Positions 55,923 through 64,000 of a stretch of DNA of 64,000 nucleotides are shown here, in pieces (the first letter of the stretch is position 1; each line of letters begins with the position of its first letter). Origin of the DNA: an uncultured Flavobacteriales bacterium (lineage in GTDB: Bacteria > Bacteroidota > Bacteroidia > Flavobacteriales_D > Sanyastnellaceae); the NCBI GenBank assembly GCA_965658245.1, contig CBFHRO010000002.1, positions 3,442-67,441 on the forward strand. Direction: 5' to 3'. The translations under genes and the position numbers were made by a program. The notes beneath the pieces were generated by a model. That model was not told the origin of the DNA and did not search any database. It saw nothing but the letters and a program-made list of their open reading frames with translations.

Positions 55923-56043
55923 TTGGTTGGGAATTAAAGGTATTGGACGAGTAAAAGTACGCACCCCCCGACGAAAACCGACAGTTGAACGAAGAGTTCA
56001 CATAGGCTTGATATAAGACTTGGTGATAACCAGATATAAACCC

Positions 56044-56670
56044 TCAAGATGACGGCTCGTCAAACAGCGTGGGGGCCGGTGGCGCCCAGGTGAAGGTTTT
56101 TCGATGCAAGGGGGTCGGACCGTGTTCCACCAAGGCTCGGCGATGGGCCACTGTGGGGTACCCCATGTTGGTGTCCCACCCGTAGCCCGGGTAGGTTTGG
56201 GCTGCTTCGAGCATGTACCTGTCCCGATGGGTTTTGGCGAGGATGCTCGCGGCTGCGATGGAGGCAATTTTGGCATCGCCCTTCACAAAACACGTGTGGG
56301 GAGGCATGTCTTCGTCAGACACAAATCGGTTTCCGTCGATGAGCAAGTGATCGGGTGTTCCTGCCAACCCTCGAACCGCACGACGCATGGCCTCAAACGA
56401 GGCTTGCAAAATGTTCATGCGGTCGATGTCCGAAGGCGACACAAAGGCCACAGACCACGCGATGGCTTTGGCCTCGATGTCCGCGCGAAGTTGTTGACGC
56501 TGCGAGGCCGTGAGTTGCTTGCTGTCGTTCAAGGGAAGTTGCTTCGCCACCCGAGGATCGAGGACCACCGCAGCTGCGACGACTGGTCCCGCAAGGCAGC
56601 CCCGGCCTGCTTCGTCGCACCCGGCCTCGATGCGGCCCTTCACCACTTGGGAAAGCAACGTTTTGCTCAT
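56044..56670 (-). CDS. rnhB: ribonuclease HII
   Basis: 'GCDEAGRGCLAGPVV' and 'DSKQLT'. The ATG at 56670 forms an ATGA overlap with the glycosyltransferase stop. Confidence 0.93.
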   Translation of the reverse strand: MSKTLLSQVVKGRIEAGCDEAGRGCLAGPVVAAAVVLDPRVAKQLPLNDSKQLTASQRQQLRADIEAKAIAWSVAFVSPSDIDRMNILQASFEAMRRAVRGLAGTPDHLLIDGNRFVSDEDMPPHTCFVKGDAKIASIAAASILAKTHRDRYMLEAAQTYPGYGWDTNMGYPTVAHRRALVEHGPTPLHRKTFTWAPPAPTLFDEPSS

Positions 56671-57791
56671 GTCAACAGGGTGTTCAATGCCTTGTCGAGC
56701 TTGGCCCCCGTAGCCTCCCATGAAAAGTCGCCAGCTCGAGCGAGACCTCTCTGAATCGCCATTTCGGCGGCGTCCGAATCCAATTCGAGTCGATGCATTT
56801 CATGGGCGATGGCACCTGGCTGTGCGGGATCGACGAGCGCAAACGCAGCATCGCCGCAGACTTCTGGCAGGGACGTCACGTTGGAACTGATGACGGGAAC
56901 CCCACAAGCCATGGCTTCCACCACCGGAATGCCGAACCCTTCAAACCACGGCACAAACACCAGACCTTCTGCACCCGCGACGGCACGCACCAAATCCGCG
57001 TTGTTCAAGCGCCCGGCGAAATGCACGTGGGTGCGCAACTCTGCGGAAAGCGCCGGCAAGTCGTCACTCCACATCGCCACACCAACCACCACGAGGTCCC
57101 AGGTCCCCCCAAGCGCACGGTACGATTCATAGGCCGACATCAACCCTTCCACATTCTTCCGAGGATGCAAGGAACCCACGAAAATGAAGTAGGGACGGCC
57201 CTCCGAAAGCGCCCTTCTCGTCCCCTCGCGCGATTCTGGACTCGCAGGCTGGAAGGCGTTGTCCGCGGCATTTGAAAACACTTCGATGGCACCATCGTCC
57301 AATCCGTAGGTTGTCGCCAAATCCTGTCGGCTGTACTCCGAGACCGTCCCGAGGACTTGCGCGCATTTGGCGAAGCGCGGGAATTCGGTTTGGTAGTAAT
57401 CTCGCCAAACTTTGGGCAGTCCCTCCGGACGGTGCTCAAAATTCAAGTCGTGAATGACCGTCAATTGGGGGAAATCGGCGGGCATGTCTGTGGCGATCGG
57501 GCCTTCCAGCGACACAAACGCGTCGGCGTTCCACTTCCGTAGCACCCGACTGAGCGGCCGGCCAAACCACCACCTCATCAACCACGGCCGGCGCGCGGGG
57601 ATCCGAATCCTCACCACTTCCACGTTGGGGCCCAAACGAAACATTTCATCGTCAGGCCTGTCCACCACGAGCAAAAACGCATCGTCGGGACGAAGCGCCA
57701 CGAGTTGCGTCAATGTGTTCAAGGTGAACCTGCCGATGCCCTCAAGCTTCCCCGGCACCAACAATCGTCCGTTCAAGGCAATGCGCGCCAT
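56667..57791 (-). CDS. glycosyltransferase, GT4 (GT-B fold)
   Basis: C-terminal 'FVPWFEGFGIPVVEAMACGVPVISSNVTSLPEV' (E-x7-E region). ATG at 57791 ('MARIALNGR'). Confidence 0.85.
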   Translation of the reverse strand: MARIALNGRLLVPGKLEGIGRFTLNTLTQLVALRPDDAFLLVVDRPDDEMFRLGPNVEVVRIRIPARRPWLMRWWFGRPLSRVLRKWNADAFVSLEGPIATDMPADFPQLTVIHDLNFEHRPEGLPKVWRDYYQTEFPRFAKCAQVLGTVSEYSRQDLATTYGLDDGAIEVFSNAADNAFQPASPESREGTRRALSEGRPYFIFVGSLHPRKNVEGLMSAYESYRALGGTWDLVVVGVAMWSDDLPALSAELRTHVHFAGRLNNADLVRAVAGAEGLVFVPWFEGFGIPVVEAMACGVPVISSNVTSLPEVCGDAAFALVDPAQPGAIAHEMHRLELDSDAAEMAIQRGLARAGDFSWEATGAKLDKALNTLLT

Positions 57792-57854
57792 GACCTCAAA
57801 GGTACCGCCGCGGCCCATTACCTTCGCGGCGAACCACGATTCAACGCAAGCCCC

Positions 57855-58856
57855 ATGTCTTCAAACAATCCCATGGAGTCTACACACCTCTTGGTGTTCA
57901 TCTACCGCAACCTCAAAACGCTCATTGCCGTTGGGCTCTTGGCCGCGGTGGCCGCCTCTGGCGTGTCCCTCATGCTCGACGAGTACTACGAGAGCACGGT
58001 GGTCATGTTTGCCACGTCGCAACACAGTTTGGGGGAACAGTTCTTTGAAGAGACCAAAAAGAACGACCTCCTCGCGTACGGCGAGACGGAAGACGCCGAG
58101 CGCTTGCTCCAAATCTTGAATTCGCACCGCATCCGCAACCGGATCATCGAGAAGTACGACTTGTACACCCACTACAACATCGACCCTTCTGAACCCGGAG
58201 CCAAGGCCGACATGGCCTTGACTTACGGCAGCAACGTGAGTGCGAACTTGACGCGGTTTGGGTCCATCCGTGTGCAGGTCCTGGACACCGACCCGGAACT
58301 CGCCCGCGACATGGCCAACGACATGGCCTTCCTGGTCGACAGCGTCGCCAACAGCATGCGCAACGAGCGGGCCAATGAAGCGTACAAATTGGCCATCGGC
58401 GCACTTGCCCAAACCTCCGAGCAAATCGCGCAAGCCGAAGACAGCTTGGCCACGTTGCACGCCTTGGGCATTTACGATTTCGAAACGCAAGTGGAAGGAT
58501 TGACGGCCCAATACGGCATGGCCGTGGCTTCCGGTCGCTCCGCCGCCGCCAACACCCTGAAGAAAGACCTCGAGCGCCTTGGCACGTTGGCCAACGGCTA
58601 CAACAACTTGTCGGCGTACCTCGAAGCGGCCTACGACCAACAATCCCTGCTCAAAAAGCGCGTGGAATTGATGCGCGTGGACGCCGAAACGCAACTGTCA
58701 TCTTCCTTCATTGTGGACTACGCCAGTGCAGCAGACAAGAAAGCCAAGCCCGTTCGCTGGCTGATCGTGGTGATGACGTCTGTGGTGGCCGTGGGCGCCG
58801 CCTTCTTGGCCATGCTCGCCTGGGACACGTTGCAACGCGCCCAGAACGCCTCCTGA
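57855..58856 (+). CDS. Wzz/GumC-like polysaccharide chain-length determinant protein
   Basis: The ATG at 57855 is chosen. There is an N-terminal TM ('LIAVGLLAAVAASGVSLML') and a C-terminal TM ('WLIVVMTSVVAVGAAFLAMLAW') flanking a helical, coiled-coil-like periplasmic region. Confidence 0.55.
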   Translation: MSSNNPMESTHLLVFIYRNLKTLIAVGLLAAVAASGVSLMLDEYYESTVVMFATSQHSLGEQFFEETKKNDLLAYGETEDAERLLQILNSHRIRNRIIEKYDLYTHYNIDPSEPGAKADMALTYGSNVSANLTRFGSIRVQVLDTDPELARDMANDMAFLVDSVANSMRNERANEAYKLAIGALAQTSEQIAQAEDSLATLHALGIYDFETQVEGLTAQYGMAVASGRSAAANTLKKDLERLGTLANGYNNLSAYLEAAYDQQSLLKKRVELMRVDAETQLSSSFIVDYASAADKKAKPVRWLIVVMTSVVAVGAAFLAMLAWDTLQRAQNAS

Positions 58857-58863
58857 ACGAACC

Positions 58864-60303
58864 ATGACCACCGCGCGCGCTGGATGGCTGGCTGGCCTTG
58901 CCATGACCCTTCTCGCCTTGGCGGGTTGGGCACTGGACGCGCCTTACGTGTTGGCCCTGCCCGTGGCCGCCCTCATCGCGTGGTGGGGATTTGCGCGCAC
59001 GGACCTGTACCTCTCCACAGTCTTGTTCTTGGTCCCACTCTCGGTCAACCTCAGTGAATTTGGACTGACCTCCATCGGGTGGTACATGCCCACCGAACCC
59101 ATGCTGTTTGCAATGCTTGTGCTGTTCGTGGCGAAATGGTTCTCGGGCCAAACCCCCAACCGCGACTTCGTCACCCATCCCGTCACCTTCGTCATTGCCG
59201 CGGGATTCCTGTGGATGGGCCTGACTGTGCTGCCCAGCAGCGATGTGGTTGTTTCCCTCAAAGCCTGGGTCTCGCGGGCCTGGTTCATTGTGTCTTTCTA
59301 TGTGTTGCTTGCCGAGTGGTTTCGTCACGATCCCCGGGCGCGGCGCCGGTTCCTTGCGCTGTTGCTCATCCCCCTTTCTGTGGTCATTGGCTACACCTTG
59401 GTCCGCCACGCGGGCTACGATTTCAGCAAGGGAGCAGGTCACTGGGTCATGAAGCCATTCTTCAAGGACCACACCTCGTACGGTGCCGTCCTCGCCCTGT
59501 TGCTTCCACCGGTTGTTGCCATGGCATTCCACACCCGCCAGAGCACCCTGTCCAAGGTGTTGTGGTCTCTTGGCGCAGGATGGCTTGCCTTGGGAACGGT
59601 GCTTTCCTTCACGCGTGCCGCGTGGGTAAGCTTGGCCGCCGCTGCAGCCCTCTGGGTGCTCATGATGCTCGGGGTTCGCCTGAAAACCCTTGTGGCCGCT
59701 GGGTTGGCCGTTCTTGTAGGGTTGTTTTTGAGTTGGGATGCCTTGGTCATTCAGCTCGAACGAAACAAACAAGACTCCTCGGACGATTTGGCCCAGCATG
59801 TCGAAAGCATTTCCAACGTGTCGAGCGACGACTCCAATTTGGAGCGACTCAACCGTTGGTCATGCGCTTTGGCCATGTTTCAGGAACGTCCTGTGTTTGG
59901 GTGGGGCCCCGGGACGTACCAATTTGAATATGCCCCCTTCCAGCAAGCCAACTTGCGCACCCTCATCAGCACCAACAATGGCGATGTCGGGAACGCCCAC
60001 AGTGAGTACCTCGGGCCGTTGGCGGAACAAGGGCTCTTGGGCGGACTGTTTGTGTTGACCTTGCTGCTTGTCACGTGCCACCTCGGGTTCAAATTGCAGC
60101 GAACCCTCGCAGACCCGGACGACCGCATGTTGGCCATGGGGCTGTTCTTGGGGCTCATCACGTACTTCGTCCACGGCGTCTTGAACAACTACCTCGACAC
60201 CGACAAAGCGAGCGCGCCGTTTTGGGGCTTCTTGGCCTTGCTTGTCGTGCTTGACCTCTGCAACGAAGAGGGGTCGAAAGGACTTACGAAAAGCGACAGC
60301 TGA
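58864..60303 (+). CDS. O-antigen ligase (Wzy_C) family membrane protein
   Basis: About 12 TM segments. Loop 'RLNRWSCALAMFQERPVFGWGPGTY...GNAHSEYLGPLAEQG' is typical of O-antigen ligase/polymerase-like proteins. Confidence 0.7.
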   Translation: MTTARAGWLAGLAMTLLALAGWALDAPYVLALPVAALIAWWGFARTDLYLSTVLFLVPLSVNLSEFGLTSIGWYMPTEPMLFAMLVLFVAKWFSGQTPNRDFVTHPVTFVIAAGFLWMGLTVLPSSDVVVSLKAWVSRAWFIVSFYVLLAEWFRHDPRARRRFLALLLIPLSVVIGYTLVRHAGYDFSKGAGHWVMKPFFKDHTSYGAVLALLLPPVVAMAFHTRQSTLSKVLWSLGAGWLALGTVLSFTRAAWVSLAAAAALWVLMMLGVRLKTLVAAGLAVLVGLFLSWDALVIQLERNKQDSSDDLAQHVESISNVSSDDSNLERLNRWSCALAMFQERPVFGWGPGTYQFEYAPFQQANLRTLISTNNGDVGNAHSEYLGPLAEQGLLGGLFVLTLLLVTCHLGFKLQRTLADPDDRMLAMGLFLGLITYFVHGVLNNYLDTDKASAPFWGFLALLVVLDLCNEEGSKGLTKSDS

Positions 60304-61528
60304 GCATCGCCGTGTCGTCCAGCGGAGGTTCGTCGCCTCGGAAGGCATCGAGTGCGGCCACAATCGTGCGATGGACGGCCTCCAAGGTTTGGCCTTGGTG
60401 ATGGGAGAGCAACCCCAACAAGCGGTCGGTTCCAAAAGGAACTTCAAGGTCATTTTCCTGCTCCACCAAACCATCGGTGTAGCAGCAGAGCACACTGCCC
60501 ACGGGCACAGCCATCTTCCCGACGTTCATGGAAGGAATGTCCCGAAACATGCCCAGACCAACGCACCCGTCTTCCAGCAATGTGTCGCGGCCGCTGGGGT
60601 CCACAAACAACGGAGGGTTGTGGCCGCAATTCACGTATTCCAAGGTCCGGTTGATGGGGTCAAAAACTGCGGCAAAAAACGTGATGTACTTCTCCCCTTG
60701 GGCGATTTGCATCACCCGGTCATTCAGCGTGTGAAGCGTGGCAGACAGTGACGCGTGCTCGGCCTGAAACAAGGCCCGCACATGGGCTTGGAAGTTGCTC
60801 ATCAACAATGCCGCGCTCATGCCCTTTCCACTGACATCCGCCATGCAAGCGACCACTTTGCCCGAATCCGTGGTGAAGGCGTCATAGTAGTCGCCGCCCA
60901 CTTGGGTGTGGGGCTTGTAGTATCCCGCCACGTCCAAATCGAGGTGATCCCACGTTTGGGGCAGCAACATGGCTTGCATCTCGCCAGCGAGCTGCAATTC
61001 ACGGCGCAATGCCTCTTGTTTCAAACTGCGGGCCACCATCTGGGTGTTTCTTCTGGCCACCACCAAGATGTTGGTCAAGGTCACCAGGAAATTCAAGTGC
61101 TTGACCACAGGGCTCACCCCCCGGTCGTCGTCTGTGGTGTCTCCGGCAAGGACCAAGGCGATGGCCGCGTCGTTTTGATGGATGGGCACCACCACATCGG
61201 AAGGATGCTCGTCTCCCCCCAAGGCACCAGCCAGTCCAATCGTTTCAAGGTCAAGTCCCTCGAAGAACGACGCGGGCTGCGATTGGGGCCACGGTCCTTC
61301 TGTGCCCGCAGCCACCAGGAGTTGCCACTTGTCGCCGTCCAAATCGGCGGCGTACAGCACGAGCCTGTCGATGCCCAAATTGACCTTGAGTGCATCGACG
61401 TACCGCGCCATCAAGTCCTCTTCCGAGGGCTGAGCCTGAATGGCCTGCGTGACCTTCAGGAGCGCATCGAGCTTGAAGTCTCGCAACTCGAGCTTCTCCT
61501 TGAGGCGACGTTCCTTGGGGTTGGTCAT
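60284..61528 (-). CDS. GAF-like sensor plus PP2C/SpoIIE-family serine phosphatase
   Basis: 'VGGDYYDAF', 'MADVSGKGMSAALLMS', 'VNCGHNPPLF', 'CCYTDGLVE'. ATG at 61528 is preferred over GTG at 61579. The 3' end overlaps the convergent ligase gene by 20 nt. Confidence 0.85.
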   Translation of the reverse strand: MTNPKERRLKEKLELRDFKLDALLKVTQAIQAQPSEEDLMARYVDALKVNLGIDRLVLYAADLDGDKWQLLVAAGTEGPWPQSQPASFFEGLDLETIGLAGALGGDEHPSDVVVPIHQNDAAIALVLAGDTTDDDRGVSPVVKHLNFLVTLTNILVVARRNTQMVARSLKQEALRRELQLAGEMQAMLLPQTWDHLDLDVAGYYKPHTQVGGDYYDAFTTDSGKVVACMADVSGKGMSAALLMSNFQAHVRALFQAEHASLSATLHTLNDRVMQIAQGEKYITFFAAVFDPINRTLEYVNCGHNPPLFVDPSGRDTLLEDGCVGLGMFRDIPSMNVGKMAVPVGSVLCCYTDGLVEQENDLEVPFGTDRLLGLLSHHQGQTLEAVHRTIVAALDAFRGDEPPLDDTAMLSCRFS

Positions 61529-61550
61529 GGCCTTGGTCTGGGCGACCGGG

Positions 61551-62117
61551 TTACTTTTTGACTCGCTCCGTGTAATCACCTGTCCGCGTGTCGACCTTGA
61601 TCCAATCTCCCGTGTTGATGAACAGCGGCACCCGCACCTCTGCGCCCGTGTCTACGGTCGCGGGCTTGAGCGAGTTGGTCGCAGTGTCTCCCTTCACGCC
61701 TGGCTCGGTGTAGGTGATTTCCAATTCCACATGGCTCGGCAAATCGCAGCTGATGGGTCGCTCCTCCTCTGCGTGGAATACAATCAGACAGCTCAGGCCG
61801 TCTTTCAGGAATTGAGGCGCACTGATGAGGTGCTTTTCTAGACGGATTTGCTCGTAGCTCTCCGTGTTCATGAAATGGTACCCCTCGTCGTCGTTGTAGA
61901 GGAACGTATGCTCGCGCGTCTCGATGCGCACGGGATCGATTTTGTGTCCGGCATTGAAGGTGTTGTCCACGACCTTGCCCGTCTCAATGTTTTTGAGTTT
62001 GGTGCGGACGAAAGCCGCCCCTTTTCCGGGTTTGACGTGGAGGAATTCGACGATTTGCCACAATCCGTTGTTGTGGTTCAAAACCATGCCGTTTTTGATG
62101 TCGCTCGTGTTGGCCAT
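61551..62117 (-). CDS. efp: elongation factor P
   Basis: 'VKPGKGAAFVRTKLKN', three-domain EF-P length (188 aa). Confidence 0.95.
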   Translation of the reverse strand: MANTSDIKNGMVLNHNNGLWQIVEFLHVKPGKGAAFVRTKLKNIETGKVVDNTFNAGHKIDPVRIETREHTFLYNDDEGYHFMNTESYEQIRLEKHLISAPQFLKDGLSCLIVFHAEEERPISCDLPSHVELEITYTEPGVKGDTATNSLKPATVDTGAEVRVPLFINTGDWIKVDTRTGDYTERVKK

Positions 62118-62138
62118 GCTGCAAGATACTTCAGTCGG

Positions 62139-63632
62139 TCACGGTTCCCACCGCCAACGAACGGCGCAACGAAAGGTCTCTTGTTGAGAACGTGACCAAG
62201 TGCATTGCGCCGTCCATGAGCCTTTCTTTGAGACGTGTGAAGTAACCCAAAGGCCCAGGCGCCACCCCTCGTTAGGGGTGCGCGACCACACCCTTCCATC
62301 CAACGCACGGACCATGACGTATGCCCCTTCCCAGCTTCCCGTTCCGTCCAGCGCAAACAAACCCCACTGCCTGCCTTGCGACTCCCCCCATGCGCCTTCG
62401 ACATGACGGGCGAATGCGTGCTTTCCAGAACGGTCACGACCCACCCACCACGAAGCTTTGAGTGCCTGATGCCGCACATGCAAGCCTCCCATCCACTCCT
62501 CGGGTGAACCTCGGATGGACCATCGCCAAGGGTGGCGCTTGGAGGGGTGACCTTGAAACCGACAATCCCATTCCCGCTCGCCCCGAAAACGAATTCGGGC
62601 TTGCACCAACCCACCGCTTTCAAGATGCTGCCAGGTCGAAAACAGCCGCCATTGACTTTGCCATGAGTCACTTTGCCAAGGGGTGCCAACTGCTTCGTAG
62701 GCGCATTGGACCACCCACGACTTGGATTGGGCCCATCGGCTGTTCACACGAACCAACAGCCCTTCGTTTGAAGACCACGCCCCGGCCAACTGCCAGTCCA
62801 CATTCCGCCTTTTTCCGGACCCATCCAACCCTGCCCGGAGGTCATCTTCCTCCGCAAAACACGACAGCCCCCATGTTTGGGTGCGGCCGCATCGAGACGA
62901 CAGCCCGAGGTGATGCCTTCCTGCTGTCACGCCATGGGTCCAATGCGTCCCTCGATGCTCCACAGCCACCCCCTTCAATCCGCCTGCGAATTCGGCGTGG
63001 TTCAATCCCCGTGGAGAAAGAGGCAACTTGACCTCTGAGCCGCCCAAAAACAAGGCCAGCCCAAAGGCGTCCGTGCGGGGAATGGTCAGCCCGTGACCCC
63101 ACCCCACCTGGTGACTCCCGAGTGCCCACGACCATCCTCCGGCGATCCCTGCCCACGAGCCACTCAACCTCAACGAATCGGCGACAAGCATGCGCCCTCT
63201 CCATCCACCTCGCCTCAAGCGCATGTCATGCGACAAGGCGTTTGCTTCCTCCCCAAGCTTCCACGCCGAAGTCCAACTGACAGCCATGGATGCCCGCTTC
63301 GAAGGCGTCCAAGCCTCGTGCCTCAACACCCACCCACGCCACGCCTCTGTTCCAGCCAACCACGTAGACTCTTGCATGGACAAGCCTTCAATGCGCCACG
63401 CCACCTCCGAACTGACGGGCCAACCGCGATCTTGAAGGTGTCTCAGCACGGCCTCCGCTCCTGTTTGAGTCAGGCGCCCCTCTTCAATCGAATGCGACAA
63501 AAAACGCCACACCTCCCACTCAGACAGCGTGGTGATTTCCTCTTGACCGAGGGCATGGACGCTGCACCACATCCACCAAAACACGCATGCCTTTCTGAAA
63601 GGACCCCATGCACGGCCTTGTGAAAAGGTCAT
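62139..63632 (-). CDS. exported, extremely Trp-rich protein of unknown function (possible beta-barrel)
   Basis: The ATG at 63632 forms an ATGA overlap with the upstream ORF stop. Signal-like 'RKACVFWWMWCSVHALGQ'. 45 Trp in 497 aa (hand count). Alternating-residue segments are present. The plus-strand ORFs here are short and broken. Confidence 0.55.
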   Translation of the reverse strand: MTFSQGRAWGPFRKACVFWWMWCSVHALGQEEITTLSEWEVWRFLSHSIEEGRLTQTGAEAVLRHLQDRGWPVSSEVAWRIEGLSMQESTWLAGTEAWRGWVLRHEAWTPSKRASMAVSWTSAWKLGEEANALSHDMRLRRGGWRGRMLVADSLRLSGSWAGIAGGWSWALGSHQVGWGHGLTIPRTDAFGLALFLGGSEVKLPLSPRGLNHAEFAGGLKGVAVEHRGTHWTHGVTAGRHHLGLSSRCGRTQTWGLSCFAEEDDLRAGLDGSGKRRNVDWQLAGAWSSNEGLLVRVNSRWAQSKSWVVQCAYEAVGTPWQSDSWQSQWRLFSTWQHLESGGLVQARIRFRGEREWDCRFQGHPSKRHPWRWSIRGSPEEWMGGLHVRHQALKASWWVGRDRSGKHAFARHVEGAWGESQGRQWGLFALDGTGSWEGAYVMVRALDGRVWSRTPNEGWRLGLWVTSHVSKKGSWTAQCTWSRSQQETFRCAVRWRWEP

Positions 63633-64000
63633 GGGTTCTCGGCTTCTGTTCGGTCCCACATCCACCACCACGACCCGCCTCGCGCCGCTCTGCCTCCTCC
63701 AAACAACACGCCCAACGACCCTTGGTGTGGAGGACGGATTGACTCGCTTTGGCGCGTGCTCGCTCCCGCACGCCGCGTTTTTGGGGCCACCGAACCCATC
63801 CAGCTCAGTTCGAACCGCCCCTCGGGCCAGGACCACTTCAAAAAAATGCGCGAATGGACCGGCCTCCATGGGCGCATTTCATCCCACCAAGACGCATCCA
63901 AGCCCCAGGCAATCCGCCACACCCCGCCGTGGGACCATCCCAAGGCAGGCAGACCTGCCGACTCGAGAGGCAAATTGGGCGTCCACCACGCGGTCCAACC
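63629..64000 (-). CDS. 3' end of a second Trp-rich ORF (5' part lies outside the window)
   Basis: The frame is open to nt 64000 ('GWTAWWTPNLPLESAGLPALGWSHGGVWRIAWGLDASWWDE...'). The last ~50 codons are low-complexity, so the true end is uncertain. Confidence 0.4.
   Translation of the reverse strand, partial: GWTAWWTPNLPLESAGLPALGWSHGGVWRIAWGLDASWWDEMRPWRPVHSRIFLKWSWPEGRFELSWMGSVAPKTRRAGASTRQSESIRPPHQGSLGVLFGGGRAARGGSWWWMWDRTEAENP

Overview
GC-rich, very compact chromosomal core segment of a Bacteroidota (Flavobacteriia-like) genome. The assignment rests on the LpxC/FabZ fusion, PorU/PorV/PorP/GldJ, and T9SS type A and type B C-terminal sorting domains. I call about 52 CDS and one tRNA-Val. 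Intergenic space is minimal and many neighbours are linked by 1-nt or 4-nt (ATGA) stop/start overlaps.

Gene content, left to right:
- aroB (3' part)-lpxD-lpxC/fabZ-lpxA plus an orphan ABC ATPase
- a T9SS cargo protein
- Hpt plus a DUF4301-like gene
- galE; a PAP2-like gene; rpoN; asnS
- a MacB/LolD-type ATPase; a type-B-CTD adhesin-like protein; gpmI
- a minimal histidine kinase; a methyltransferase; tRNA-Val; folC
- exbB-exbD-tonB; nhaD-like; gdh; anmK; acyl-CoA dehydrogenase; recG
- PDH E1alpha-E2; VTC plus DUF4956; ispF
- the gliding/T9SS block porU-porV and porP(sprF)-gldJ-murF; tyrS
- a PiT-like permease; a LuxE-like enzyme; a Na/Pi cotransporter
- a 1339-aa mosaic surface protein; rnhB
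- a small surface-polysaccharide set (GT4, Wzz-like, O-antigen ligase)
- a GAF-PP2C phosphatase; efp; two Trp-rich ORFs at the right edge

The ORF track prints TTG and GTG starts as M (checked at nt 46, 9620, 34360, 42969 and 63973). I therefore re-derived many starts from signal peptides, family N-termini and neighbour spacing.

I saw no transposase, integrase, phage gene, CRISPR array, rRNA or recognisable defence gene. I did not find a convincing self-contained novel multi-gene system. This looks like an ordinary core region.

The items most worth a second look are:
- the mosaic LTD/OB/cupredoxin surface protein, with nine Cys-bracketed modules and a dockerin-like tail instead of a T9SS CTD
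- the extremely Trp-rich ORF pair at the right edge
- the VTC plus DUF4956 pair
- a 15-nt exact DNA motif shared by two promoter-proximal regions

Nothing here was verified by database search. All family calls come from motif recognition in the translations.
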